NCBI GenBank assembly: GCA_977020255.1
Contig: CDROCS010000641.1
Location: forward strand, 310,001 to 374,000
Origin: Obrimoposthia wandeli
Lineage: Eukaryota
Reading direction: 5' to 3'
DNA length: 64,000 bases
Made by a program: the position numbers and the translations under genes. Under the pieces are notes generated by a model. The model had not been told where the DNA came from, did not search any database, and saw only the letters and a list, made by a program, of their open reading frames with translations. Shown piece after piece: positions 50,559 to 64,000 of the stretch (position 1 is the first letter of the stretch; each line of letters begins with the position of its first letter).

Positions 50559-52275
50559 CAGGGGTGGGGAACCTTTTCATGTGTGGAGGCCACACATAAA
50601 TTTGCCGCCCCCAATGAGGCCGCAGTCAATAAGTGTAACTATTTTTTACTGTAATTTTTTACCTTTTATTAATATTATTTAAATTAATAACTGCACGAAG
50701 TAAACATGTATTTTAAGACAAAAAATTATATTTATTCACTTACCTTTTTAATAATTTAATGACTTCTTTGAGATTGCTTCTTGTGAGACAACATTTTGAT
50801 GTCGGGTTCTAACATGGAGGTTTTAAGTTTTAATTGGTCTTCCAGATGCTCATCTGTCATCTGTGTTCTCAACGAATCTTTGATATTTGTTAAATGTGAG
50901 AATGTGGATTCACAACAGTATGTCGTAGAAAAGCACGAAATCAATCGACGAGCATGTTCGCGAAGGCGAGGGTATTCTACCGCTTTTTTCCAAATTTCAA
51001 CGGGATCTTCCTTACTAAGAAACAGAGATTTCAGAATATTATCTTCAGATAACTCAATAAGCTCCATTTGTAAATATTCTGGTGCCTTTGATACTTAAGG
51101 GTGCCTAAAGCGAGCAATTCTTCATATATATGAAAATCTTCAGTTACAGCACGAACAAAATACAATACTTGTGCAGAATCAGTTGAATCTGTTGACTCAT
51201 CCAAAGCTATTGAGTAATATACATTTTCTTTTTGCATTAATTTTGAAGTTGCTCAGTTACATTGCGAGCTAACTCATGCTGCCGATCTGTATTAGTTCTT
51301 CTTGAAAGAGGTACGTCTTCATATTTTTTAACTTTATCTGGATCTAAGCATCTTACTACTTCAACGATACATTCCTTTATAAGTTCTGCATCGCTAAATG
51401 GCTTACCTTTTTTCCCAAGCAAATATGCCACTTTATAACTTGCCTCGGTCGTAGCATTTCCTTGATGTAGGCCTAACAATGAATTGAATATTTGTCTTTG
51501 CTTTAGCTTTCCATCTTTTAATTTATTCAATGCAATTTTACGAGCCTCCCCCTCTAATTTGGCATAGTTATTGTCCTTATGAGCAACATAGTGCTTGTGT
51601 GCATTGCATTTCTTTAATGTTGAAATTACGGTATCACATAACAAGCAAGTCATTTTATCATTATTAAACACTACAAAATACTGTAGTTCCCATTTGTCAT
51701 TAAACACTCTGTTTTCTTCTTGCAGCGTTCTTTTTAATTTTTTAGCCATGATGGGTTGTTTAACTAATATATTTATTTAATCTGAAAACATAAATTATTG
51801 ATTAATAGTGTTAGTGAAATAATAATTTACGAAACTAAGATTTATTTAAGATTCAAAAAACTGCCTTCATTTCGTTTTTTTAAACAACTTCCGTTTATTT
51901 GGAGATCTATAGTAAATATAATTCTTTATGCGTATTTCATTTTGACAACGTTTGCTATTCGTAGTTTAATATGATTAATTAATTTATAAATGAAATAGTT
52001 ATTTAATTACTTAATTATTAATTATTAATTAATTATTGTTTCTTAATTCAATTTGAAATATTATTTAATTATTGTTTCTTAATTCAATTTGAAATATTAT
52101 TTAATTATTGTTTCTTAATTCAATTTGAAATATTATTTAATTATTGTTTCTTAATTCAATTTGAAATATTATTTAATATTACATAATTATTTAAAATTAT
52201 TATTCTTATAGGAGGCCGCAGTTGATGAGCTTGGAGGCCGCATGCGGCCTCAGGGCCGCAGGTTCCCCACCCCTG
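50559..52275 (-). mobile_element. Non-autonomous hAT (Buster/Charlie-type) element, 1717 bp
   Basis: 16-bp perfect TIR CAGGGGTGGGGAACCT; 8-bp TSD GTCTAGTC. Transposase N-terminus (CLLC...HY zinc finger, SIALDESTD) is joined to the dimerisation domain (FSTTYCCESTFS), with the middle deleted and a frameshift near 51237. Confidence 0.96.
52035..52180. repeat. 37-bp tandem repeat x4 inside the hAT element
   Basis: TTAATTATTGTTTCTTAATTCAATTTGAAATATTATT repeated. Confidence 0.9.
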
Positions 52276-53416
52276 GTCTAGTCCCATCATACTCAAATAA
52301 ATTATGATTTGAATTTAGTTTTTATATAGAAACACAAAATATCTCGATCAAGCTGTACTCGATCTATTTAAATTACGAATGTATCAATGTTGAGCTTGAA
52401 CTTAAATGGTTTTATTCGAATTGTAGCCTTGGATACAGATTCCTTTTTACTTGAGTGTACAAATATTAATAAAGATACATTGCTTAAAGAAATGATTAAG
52501 GAGGGGTATATTTTTAACTAAAAACTTTGTAATATTTTTATAGAATGTATTTCCTAAAAACCATTAGTTAACAATAATTTACCAAAATTAAAGTTTTTTT
52601 CAGGTAACCCATTTTTCATTTTTTTGAGACTGATTTTGTTATTTCTGCAAATTAGTGAAATTTAAATTGAGGTTATATAAGTTTTGTATTTATAAATAAA
52701 GTAGTAAATAATGCATACGTTATATTAAAATTATTATCAAAATTTTCAGTCACTTCCAACTATGGTATATTTTTAATAATTACTTTCCTGATAATTCTTT
52801 TATTTTAATTTAAAAAACAACAAATTGTCTCATTTAGAAATACTTTGAATACATGACTAGAGTATTAATTTGTATAAAAGGTTAACCCGTTTTATTACAC
52901 AAAATATTGATTTTACACGTTCTAAAATAGAATAATTAGTTATTACAATTAATTATTTATTAGGAGATGTTACGAAAACATTAAATGCTTCTATTTGTTT
53001 CTTCTAGATTCCATTCTTGTAAATGAAAGTTATATTTAGGTTTCTAATTCAGAAAAATTCTAATTTCTAAATTAAATTAGGCTCATTTATTTAAAAAATG
53101 TTCACTATACATCGAAATTTCATAATCTGTAACTGTGATATCATTTTCCATAATAATTTGTTCAGTATCTACATTCGATATATAAATTTTACTAACTAAA
53201 TTAGTCAATTAATTATATAACAATATTACAACTGCATCATCAGATATTAAATCACAATTTAAAATATTTTTTGTCGTATTCAGAATGCAAAATTATTTCT
53301 AAAAATCTTATTTTCATTATAGAGAAAATGTTCATATTGCACTGTGTTATCGGTATGAAAAACTAATAATTAAAAATCACATATGGCTATGTATTTGATG
53401 AAACTTTAAGTAAAAA

Positions 53417-56400
53417 TTAGCATCGTTTCTTCTTTTCACGTCTAGGTTTTCTATTGCCATTTGATCCGCCATTTGAACCTCCTTTGCCTGTAACAAAATA
53501 TGTGCAACTTATTGGTAATAATATAAATAGGAACAAATTAAATTTAAACGAATCATTGGAAACAATTACTGGGAAAAACTATGAAAATAACAAAAAAAAA
53601 CAAACAATAAAATAAGAACACTAACAAATTCCAAATGAATGTACTTTCATTTTTTAATGATATTTTTGAATTGTATTCTTTTTATGATGAAGTGGTTATG
53701 ATGAAATAAAGAGATTTTGAAATTATAAGCAGTACAAAATCCCATTAATCTTCTAAGAAATATAAATTGATTATTTTTTAACTAATAAACTACATTTTGC
53801 TATGTAATAAAGTAGCACTTTATTGCACACTTAAATATTACTAGAAACACATGATATGTAAAATCTTTTTTAAATTATAAATAATTTGTGCTTTTGTGGA
53901 AATTTTAGTAAATTTAAGTAATTTTACTAGACTAACGAGATGTTCCAAACAAATTGAACACCTTAAAATTATCTATTGGCTTTATTTTTCCAAATAAAAT
54001 GTTGTGGAACAATTTGCTTTATTATTTTTTAAATATTTTTCAATAATTTTGTTTAGATAAAAGCCAAAATATTTACATGATCTTCTCGAGCCCTGTGCAG
54101 TGAGCATGCATATGCATCTTAGAAGCAAGTATTGGTAAAATTCTCAAAAAACAAACGGAATATTTTAAATATTTGCTCAGTGTTAAGAAATTCAAGAAGC
54201 AGCTGAAGACAATATAATAAAAATAATGAAGAAGAAGCTTTTGGGAGTAATAAATCATAGATTCATTATATATTAGCGCTTTATTAAATACACGTATACT
54301 ATATATTGATTAGGTGCACAAATAGCTGAAAATAAAATTTATATTCAAAGCAGAAAAATTGAAAAGATGATGATGCATTAGGAGATTCAACTTACAACGC
54401 CAGATCCTATACATGTGTAAATGTTCAGTGTCCAGAAATTCATTAAAAAACTTACTGCAAAGTCCATCTGAGCACGATGTGCCCGATGGGCATTTGCTAC
54501 ACGCTGACCCAGTGACGTATGGCTTTTCATTGTTGAAATTGCCCCTGAAAGGTGATGTTGTCAGAAACACGTACAAAATAATATACTTTAGGTGATATTG
54601 ATAAATAGCAAGGATTTATATATTATTTTTACTTGAATTAAAGTTTACATTATTTTTCCTCAATCAGTCTACTAATATAGAAATTTAGCAAACAAAATTC
54701 AATTTATTTAATATAAAACAGTGTTTAATTTTAAAGTTTAAAAATAAAAATTATATGTTTTCTGTTAAAATTATTTAACTAATGTGAATTGTACAATATT
54801 TCAAGGCTAAATATTCTCAAAACATTAAATTTCATAAGTTTCCCTTTGATTTAAAATTAAAACTAAAAATATAAGTTTTATTAATTAGAATAAGTCATAT
54901 GAAATCATATTTTAATTCTAAATGAATTGTAACTAATTAATTAATTTCTAATCAAATGTAAAATAAAATATGTTTGAAACAAACGTATAATATGATTCTT
55001 GTGCAAGTTTTCTGCTATATAAGAAACATTAATGAGAAAATAAACATTGTTTTCTTGTGAATTAATTATTCTTTACCTACAAAACGAATATCAATAAATT
55101 TAAACCAGCAGTTTTCAAAGTGTGGGTGACTGATTTTTTTTGCAAAAGGGTCGCGTTAAAAAATATTTCGATACTTCAAATGAAATTATTGAACATTACC
55201 ATGAAAAAATCTTTAAAAATTTTACGAATCTATTTTTTAAGTTATAATTTTAAAAAAGTAGTCCTTGAACCTCTACGTTTTAAAATTGTTTATAAAAAAA
55301 GTAGTCCTTGAACCTCTACGTTTTAAAATTGTTTATAAAAAAAAGCCTTTGAATTAATAAATATAATTGTGTTTCTTATTTTTTTAAGGGCTCATACAGT
55401 TTTCTTTATTTTTAATGGGGTACCTTCCAAAAAGTTTGGAACCGCTGATTTAAACGTTATAATTACACTGAACTATCGTGACTCGTAATTTCTCCCAATG
55501 AGTAAACTAAGAACTGCAGATGGAAGTTACGTATTTAAATTTGTCAGTAATTCAATTTTGTTAAATAATTATACTTTGCACTTAATGTAATGTTTCAAGA
55601 AACAAATGGTATTTTAACATTTATTTAAACATATTAATACAACGTTTAAACATATTAATTTCTTTAAAAACAATTATTTATTAAAGAGATTTTGATTACT
55701 TAAAAAACAAATTATTTTATTTGTCTGCGAGTTTGACTCTAAAAAACACAACATAACAGTTAATTGTATTATTTCATAAAAAGTGGTAAATTTCCGTAAA
55801 TAAATTAAGTTAAAAAGTTTAACTTTTCTAAACTATTTGACAAAAATTGGTTTTTTGACAACAAAACTTGAACTTTCTATATTAGAACACATGATCCTAT
55901 ACCAATTGCATTACTATATATTATTTTGTTTTACAACAAAATCAATGTAATATTCTGTTTTTTAATGCTGATTTCAAAACATTTTTTGCTATCACATTAA
56001 AAAAAATGTGTAAAAACAGGGAATTGATATGGATACTTATTACAAACTTAAAATGGAGTTTAATGCGATTAATTTTGTCCCCATCGTCAGGCCATCATTG
56101 AAATAGTGGGATAACATGGTTGGGTGAACGTATAGTTCCCAAAAGAAGGGTGTAAATGAAATGGGTGGGGTCAGAGTCACTGAGTGGTTGTATTTCATTA
56201 TAAGGAGCCATAAAACTGAAAATAAATCATTATAACTATACTAATGTATATTTATATTAATTTATATTCTTAGTGTGTATTTAGGATATCCATGAGTATT
56301 TTTATGTATTATATGTATGTTAATTTCAAAATTTTTATTGACTGTTTATAAAAATGGTGATGTAATACGAAATTGAGTTACATTTTTGAATTCAGAGTTA

Positions 56401-59400
56401 AAAAATAAATAAAATTTCAATCTGAGGTTTCATAAAAAATAACCTTATTATTTTTGTGCACCAGTGTTATTGAACTTACGCGGGTCCATAGTTACAGAGG
56501 ACGAAAAATTTCATTCCAAATGAAGAATTGCTCTCACAGTTGACGACAGCACAACCAACCGTGTTTGATTTGGCCCAGATGACCTAAATTGATCGAATAA
56601 TCGTCTGATGTAATGCAAGTTTTCTATGGTTAAAGTTTCTAAAAATTCATTCTTAGCTACATCGAATCCGAAAACTCTTCTTTACTTTGAACTACTACAG
56701 TCTTCCCCGACCATAAGGACTAGTCCTAGTATATGAATATAAGGACGGTGGTCCTTATATTCCTATACACGGATTAGTCCTTATAATTGAAGAAATCACG
56801 ATAATTTCAGATATATTTTTTAAACAAAATAAAATATCATACACTGAAATTTTGTTTTTTCCACGGTGAAATTTTTGTTTTGTAATGGGTGAATTATTAT
56901 GTCTGCTGGGTGATAATTCTATCTATCAGTAATCAGTAGATAATTGTGTCAGTAGAGCAAATGTGTCCTTTACTGACACTGACTACTGACATTTTTTAAA
57001 AATTTTAATTAAATTTTTTTTCGAACAAACAAATGAACGGCCATTTCATATTTAAAAATTGTCTTAATAAAAAGTTAAACAATGGTTTCGAACCAACAAA
57101 GAAAGAATCAAAAGGTACTCTTTCAAAATTTATATTATTTAAAATATTTTAAAATTATTAACCATAGATGAGCCAACAAAGAAAATCGTATACAATCAAG
57201 TGCTTTCATTACCAAAATGTGATTTATTTTGTTTATTTTGAAAGTGGCATAAGTTCTGTTGAAATAAAATTGTTTTGTAAATAAAGAGTCATAAAATGTT
57301 TTAATTTATAATCTATTATATTCCAGGATTAAATGTCAAAATGGTTTTTCTATATTTAATGAAGCTGCATTGGCTACCGGAATTCAAGATCCTGCTTATT
57401 ACAACAAATATCTATATTCTTTTACAAAAGCCCAAATATTTTATTATCTTTTCGAGCTTGGCGACTTATTGTGATGACTGCAGATTTGTAAAGAATTTCT
57501 CAAATAACAAACTAATATTTGAAATGTATGCTTTGAATCTTTACAATAATCTACCGACGAATACAAGAATAGTTACTATTGAGAAATTTCAAAAATCAGC
57601 TGATGACTTTACTATTCAGGCAATACTAAGAATATCTTTATTGTTATTGTTTCATTGTTTTCAAAAGAAAGAAAGATAATAATGTGTCATTATTTGGAAA
57701 AATAATAGTAGAATTCCCTTTCTTTAAATAATAGCAGTATCATATGGTATTAGAACCACCCAGGACCACTCCCCTCTTTATAAATACTTCCTGAAGAATT
57801 GCCTCATGAAAGTAGTTATTTACTTTATAATTTCAAACATTTTAAGGGTAAAATAATGCTATTTTTATGTTCAAACGCGATTTTTGTTAAATAAACCCAT
57901 TATCGGTTCATATGACTGATAACGGAGGTGCCAGCTCCATTTCAATGTAATCAAGTAAAAATGTACGTGCTTTTTATTTGTATATTCATTAAAGAAATTT
58001 CATGGAGTAACAGAGCGTAATGTTCAAATGATCTACAACTGTATGTTGTGCAATAACACCTTGAAGAAAGTTCGAAATTAGGGAGTTTTCATAATGCTGT
58101 TAAAATGTCACTTAAAGTTTGGAGATGGAAATATTATTAGGGATATAAGCTAACAATGAATTACCTGAGTGTAGTGACCACACATTCCGCTACAGTAGTT
58201 TGAGTTAAAGTCGTAGTCCTTGTACTCGTCGTACCACATTTTCACAGCACTAAAATAATAATAAACTTTAAAAGAAACAATGTAAATATCAAAATCATTT
58301 ATTAATAGCATTTTTATTTAGTTCACCTAAAATATTGTATTCCATAGGCATCATTGTTACTTACAAATTTCAGAAAAGTAATTTCCTTTACATTAATTTT
58401 GCTTCTTAGTTATTTTTTATATTTCTAATTTAAAAATTAAATTAACTATGCAATAAAAAAATTAAAAGGATTATTGTACTATTTAGCCTGAAGCAAAAGT
58501 ATTGTGACGAAACATATAATGATTTTATTTAACAAAATTGAATTCATGTAAAAAGAAATTACAATATTTATTTAAAAAATAAAATAATAATATTAGATGA
58601 GTATTATTTAAATATATTAACTTAATTGTCCCTTTGAAACAAGTTATTTTAATTTTATTAGCTTTCGTAGAAATATCGTCCAAACATCACACGAAAGGTG
58701 AACAAGCCTTTACTCTAAAATCAATGATAAAAAAAGAATTTCCTCGAAGTAATGATAATTTAGGATTTTGCTATGACCTACAAAAATGTTTTCAATCTCA
58801 CAGCTCAATATTTGCAAAGTATTTTTTCAGACTATTTTGGTATTGCAATTTTACCATACGTTGTCACAATTCAATAAAAAGCTTATTGTTGTGACTATGT
58901 CGAAACTTCTACAATGTGAGGAAGTTCAGAAGTAACTTCTTGTTTATTAGGCTTTGTTTTCGAAAAATTGAGAAAAAATTCATTCAACAAACTCTCGAAT
59001 ATTCTTACAATCCTAATAGGTTACCTATAAGACCAGAATAAACGCATATTTTTACACTGAAGTATATTGTAGTTACAATTTCAATAAAAGAAACTGAGTC
59101 AAATTTATATATTTAGAATATGCTGGCAGTTTTCTGAAAATTTGTTATGTCGGCCTAAGATGTTGTGTCACAGAGCAAAATATGTCTTACGATTATCTTA
59201 AGAGAAACATTTAAATAAAAATACATATAAAATTCGAAAACATAACTGAAATTTGGGGAATAACTTTAACTCAAATCGATGGAAAGTTGATGCATAAGCT
59301 CTATTTGCAAGTTAAGTGATTTAATGTTAAAAATAACTAAAGCCAAAGAAAAATATATTGCTCACGAAGTGATACATTAAAGAGATAATGTTGAATAGGA

Positions 59401-62218
59401 TTTGAAAATGCTGTAGTTTGGAGAGACAAAAGTAGGTTATAATAGTTTATATCACATTAAGCTGCGTATTAGATTCAAAATAGCTGATGCAACAAATGCA
59501 AAGCTCACCCAGTAGGATCCCAACCTCCATATATGTTCTGGCCTACATATTGGAATGTCGATGTTCTTCTGTTGTCGTAGCTGTCGTGGTTGAATACACA
59601 TCTGCTACCCCATCTTTCTGCAATCTGAGCCAACTCCTCGCTCCACACCTAGTAACAAAGATAAATGGTAATTCAAAAAAAAATGCTCAATAAATTTGAT
59701 TTTATATATAAATTTTCATTTCGCTATTAATATCAAATCTATCTACAGAACCTTTCGAGTGGTTTACAGATATATTTGTACAGAATTATATTTTTTCCAG
59801 AATTTAAAAAACGTTTCTTTTAAAATTTATGGCACAAATATTAATGAAAAAATTAATGATTACACTTTATTGATTTTCAATTTTGTTTAAAACTTAAAAT
59901 TACATTTACATTTTGTATCAACTTAACTTTTACATTGTTTGTTGTTATTACTTTAATTGTGTATTTTAGCATAATGGAAAGTCCTATCCTTACAAAAAGG
60001 TGAAGAATGAAACAATACAATGATGATATTTTGTTATAGACTAATGAGTGTCTTTATATTTGACGATTATTATGTCAACTGCTCACGGAAGATTAAAGGC
60101 TTCAACAACTAACTGAAGTACTGAAAAAATTGTACAAAAATCAATCTATTTCATTATTTCAAATTTTTGAATGCATCAGCCTATCTTCAAACTGCATCAT
60201 TGGTGGTATCAAATATTTGAATGATCTTCATAAAGATTTTTGCAGAAAATTTAAGAAATTATCAATAGAATTTATCCTTCTTGGTTTGAAAATTAATATT
60301 TTTAAAAATGAAGATGATATAAATCCGGATGTGGGTCAGGAACTGTTAGATTTGAAGGAAACATCAAAATTAAGAAGAAAAAGTTAATACGGAAGTAAAA
60401 TAATCAATTCCATTAGGGTTATCAATCAATTGGCTAGTGTAAGAAGAGTTTTATATTATATTCACAGAGGGATATGAATGAACGAAGAATGTTGCATTTG
60501 AGACTAAACAAGGTTAAAAATATGGACTATTCAATTATGTGCAAACTCATTGATTAAAAATTTTGTTTTATAAACATAATTTTAATCTAGTATTGCCTTT
60601 TATTTATAAAAGAAACGTTACGTTTTATTTTTTTTAGTCCAGGAACGTTTTGTGGTCTGCAGCCGAAGAAGGTTGGACAAACCCGACATAAATGGATGAT
60701 ATTGCTATTTTTGGTCTAGTGCAGAAAAATAGATACGCTTAAAGAAAATATTTAATGGTACAAGCCTCTCAATACTGTGGCTTTCTAGTAATTTAAATAA
60801 TAACTTCAAAGACTTTACACTTGACCGTTGGTTGAAATAAAGAATTTAAATTAAGACTCAAGGGTTGTAAATTCTCAAGGCAAGAGGTTTCTAAAACGTA
60901 CTTACCAACCTTACCTTTCTATACATGTACTGTCATGCATACATAGTAGTTATTCGCGAGTTGGACTGATAAAAAAAATCACTAACAACATAGAATAAGA
61001 AATACTAATTTACATTTTAAAGACGGTAATTTTTGCTCTTTTCATTACTTATTTTACTGTCAGTTATTTTACAACAATAGCGAGTAATTGCAGATTCATG
61101 AATAAATCTATTTCTTTGTTTAATTCTAGGTTTTTCTCGACTTGCTGCAGAAAATCTAGAGCTCTACACTCTAAAATCATCGTTTAAAGCTTACTTGAAA
61201 TCGTGTAACAGTTACATAATTCCAATAGTCCGGGAATGAGTAACCCTCGCACGCTAAAATGAGCCAACTTCGCACGAATTTTCTTTAAACTCAACAGGCA
61301 TTTTTTCAAAGCCGTAATGTATTTAACAGCATTTAAAATAATATTTATGAAACAAAAAGGCTTTCAGCAGTTTCTTCACATTAGGTTATCTTCATAAGCA
61401 GTTTTGTATCTCCAGATATAATTCTTTTCAAATATTGAATTCTTTGTCATTTTTCGATTTGAACATTATACTTATGATTTCGCGATGGAATTAGAACTAC
61501 TAAACAAAGTATTATGCAGACTTTCGAGTGCTTATTTTTTGAAAATGTCTGATATCAAGTTAATAAACAAATTCTGCTAATCTTGTAAATATATTTAAAA
61601 AGCTTAAAAAGTGCTTATTGTAAAGAATATGTAAATAGATTAAATTATTGAATTATAAAAATATAATTTCTAACATATAAAGACATAAGTGCAAGAAATG
61701 TATTTCATAATAAATCAAATTCATCGATAGAAAATGTTGTTTTTTGTTTGTCTTTCCATGACTGATGATAATTTTAACTGAAATAAAGTTTGCTTTTCAA
61801 ATGAAGCATAGACAAAATTTTCATCTAGATCAGTGCTTCTCAAACTAGGAGCCGTGTAGCTCCTGTTCGGGAACCGTGAAATATCTCAGGATTTAATAGT
61901 AATATTTGTAGCAACATACATACTACTGATGAATTGAACTGTAGTACAACTGTATAAATTGTTTATTTTAAAACCGAAATTATTTTAAGAATTCACAGGT
62001 AATCACAGTTTAATTATAAATTGAATTTTTATGCACCAGACAAAATTGCTACTCACCATCTCTTCCATATTAGCTGCAGCCGGATTACCTCTCAGCTGAC
62101 CTTTAGCCAACACACGTCTGTAGTCGTTGTGGACCTTCAACAACTGGTCCTTTTCGGACTGGCTAGTTGTAGAGGCCACCCCGACCAATGCAACCACAAT
62201 AACCATCATGGTCATCAT
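53417..62218 (-). CDS. Secreted CAP (SCP/TAPS, PR-1/venom-allergen-like) protein, 216 aa: join(62218-62057, 59648-59509, 58249-58165, 56583-56480, 54544-54456, 53487-53417)
   Basis: All GT-AG boundaries are phase-consistent. Signal peptide, HNDYRR, WSEELA, VGQNI, W..E, CGHYTQ|VIWAKS..VGCA, CNYGPAGN, hinge CSKC...C..GLC. An alternative start exists at 62236. Confidence 0.96.
55106..55447. mobile_element. hAT-type MITE in CAP intron 4
   Basis: Ends CAGCAGTTTTCAAA and TTTGGAACCGCTG; 8-bp TSD ATTTAAAC; internal duplication of about 45 bp. Confidence 0.88.
56713..56784. other. 72-nt near-perfect hairpin in CAP intron 3
   Basis: 34-bp arms with 4 mismatches and a GGTG loop. Confidence 0.85.
60130..60390 (+). 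pseudogene. Possible hAT transposase relic in CAP intron 1
   Basis: LNDLHKDFCRKF...GQELLDLK resembles the Buster-type L..L..EF..RF...Q.ELIDLQ pattern. Confidence 0.35.
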
Positions 62219-62749
62219 TCTGGTTCTTGTTAACATTGCTTCAAACAGCTTTCTGACTTTTCTCTCGATTTTGAAAGGTTTTATAGCGTCAATGTCTTCA
62301 TAGATCAAATATCGTTAATTGAATGGCAAACAATTCAACAGCTGAACAAACCTGATGTTGCAGTTTGATATTCGTTATTTGAGATTCCTGGTCTGGTATT
62401 AATTTCAATTTACGACTCTTTTCACTCGATAATAAATTTTCACCGCTCTTTTTTGCACAAATTTATCGAATGCTTCTTAATAATTTAACTATGAAAGAGA
62501 AAAATGTACACACACAAGATAAAAAATCCGAATCTGATAAATATTATACGAATTATCTGAAAATCACATGTGATATCTAAAGTCAATACTGATTTTAATT
62601 TAACAAAAAGTACTGTTATTCGGGATTTTAATGCACAACCATGTATCTTTATTGGAAATATACGATGGTGGAACATGGCAAGTTCTGCAGCTATCTTTCC
62701 CTATCAATTCTGACAGTTTACTGTTTACAATATTGAAACTATTAAATGA

Positions 62750-63100
62750 TACAAACACTTTTTTCTTCATTTGGTAGAAGGTTCATGAGAAAATACCAGT
62801 ACATGACAGTTTTGGAGAGTCACATGAAAATACAAAAATAAAAGTGGTATCCTGAAGGATATGGTATATTTATGCATGATCGATTTCTCTTCCATACGGA
62901 CGAAATCACATCTAAATATCTAAAAAACAATTGTGTGAGGATGATAAACAGACTTGGAATACCCGCAGATCTTAACTATCTTAAAAAATTGTAGCAGATG
63001 GAAAATATCGTTGATAACGTGAAAGTTTACCATCAAAACAGAAGCTCTTATTTAGGGTAATTTATCATTGGAATCATCACGCTGATATCCATAAAACCCT
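62750..63100 (+). pseudogene. Decayed Tc1-like transposase relic
   Basis: VLESHM...WYPEGYGIFMHD...H, then PADLNYLKKL resembles SPDLNPIENLW. Confidence 0.5.
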
Positions 63101-63858
63101 TAGAGTCGTGTAAAGTGTCGGTTCAAGCTCATTGACTCAAAAGGTCAGAAAAAGGTCATTAGTTGCTGATAAGGTTCCAGTATTCGAACTCATAGTTCAT
63201 GACAGGGACGAAGGTCAGGGGTCTGCTGAGTCAACTATCTTGGACCAACACTTTACTATATAGATTATTAATATGATTAATGGTAATGTTCTACTCGACA
63301 GAATCAGATTTTAATAAGATCTGCGGTTGGATATTATTAACCTCTTCACGCCTATCACGAGTTAACTCGTGATTAGAATTTTACCAAACAGTGCTAACAT
63401 GAGTATATCCATGATGATTAAAAGAGAAAGTATATGCTTTTTTTAAGCTAGCAGTGCTGTATACTATGACAATAAAAGTTAACAGTTTTAATTGAGAATT
63501 TAAATCATATATGAATATTTTCAGGTTTTGAATAATGTTAGAAAACAACTTTAAATAATTTCAGATGTGAAGGGTTAACTTGAGTTATTCAGTCCAAATT
63601 TTTGAAGATTTTATTAACTAGAGATAGTGAGTCTAAACTTGTTTTGAATAATACTCATGATCTACTCTGCAGAAATAAACTCTAAGTATTTTTACCTTAA
63701 AAATTTTTCATCCCAAAAATTATTTTTTATAAAAATTCCAAGATTTTTTCTCCTCATTTTTATTTTGGCTACAACTTATTTTGACAATTTAAAAAAAAAT
63801 TAAATCATAATGTACTTATATATTTACATGATTTTTTATTTAAACACTTGATCTTAAA

Positions 63859-63936
63859 GCAAGGATGGTAGATTAGATTATGTAGAAGACTCAAAATTTG
63901 CTGGAAGTATCTCCACGTGGGTTTGGATCCCGCTCT
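63859..63936 (+). pseudogene. Degenerate tRNA-Leu(CAA)-like sequence
   Basis: AGGATGG...AGACTCAA...CGTGGGTTtgGATCCC aligns by eye with tRNA-Leu(CAA); D-arm and B-box are damaged. Confidence 0.4.
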
Positions 63937-64000
63937 ATGTATTTTAAGTTTTATTAAACTGATTTGTGTGCGATAACTTAAAAGTTTAAATTCATCTTAT

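Larger units (their letters stand above)
49690..52560 (+). pseudogene. Highly decayed Polinton-type pPolB, split by a hAT insertion
   Basis: NFLLIEDGDTHY, FAVYADFET (ExoI), IHNKVDDLP, a decayed motif B (YELK..LVYDKAVEN), and after the insertion LDTDSFLLE (motif C). Confidence 0.82.

Noticed and set aside
54310-54576. Stand-alone 88-aa gene
   Set aside because: It is exon 5 of the CAP gene read through into flanking introns.
61831-61900. hAT-like terminus CAGTGCTTCTCAAACT
   Set aside because: No matching opposite end or TSD was found.

Overview
Very AT-rich eukaryotic (probably invertebrate animal) DNA, mostly nested mobile elements. The one clear host gene is a 6-exon secreted CAP/SCP-domain gene on the minus strand (53417-62218). 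The main element is an 11.4-kb Polinton/Maverick (adintovirus)-like provirus at 36113-47535. It has AGTAG...CTACT ends, about 1-kb TIRs and a perfect 6-bp TSD (TAAATG). It encodes a packaging ATPase, chromodomain integrase, minor and major capsid proteins, an adenain-type protease and two core-like proteins, but no recognisable protein-primed DNA polymerase. Two of its genes appear to need 38-56-nt spliceosomal micro-introns: the protease, and an antisense matrin/JAZ-type zinc-finger minigene. Decayed copies of this lineage (10.7-18.8 kb) and of a sister lineage (19.6-25.4 kb, 27.4-28.8 kb) and two pPolB relics are also present. A BEL/Pao LTR retrotransposon (about 4.9-8.2 kb, minus strand) has a ubiquitin domain in frame with the N-terminus of Gag. 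It is preceded by a same-strand chain of host coding fragments (BiP/HSP70, glutamate dehydrogenase, eEF2). Also present: two type-I hammerhead ribozymes, a Ty3/Gypsy element, hAT (Buster-type) elements with 8-bp TSDs, Tc1 relics and tandem repeats. All protein identifications are by motif recognition; no database searches were run.
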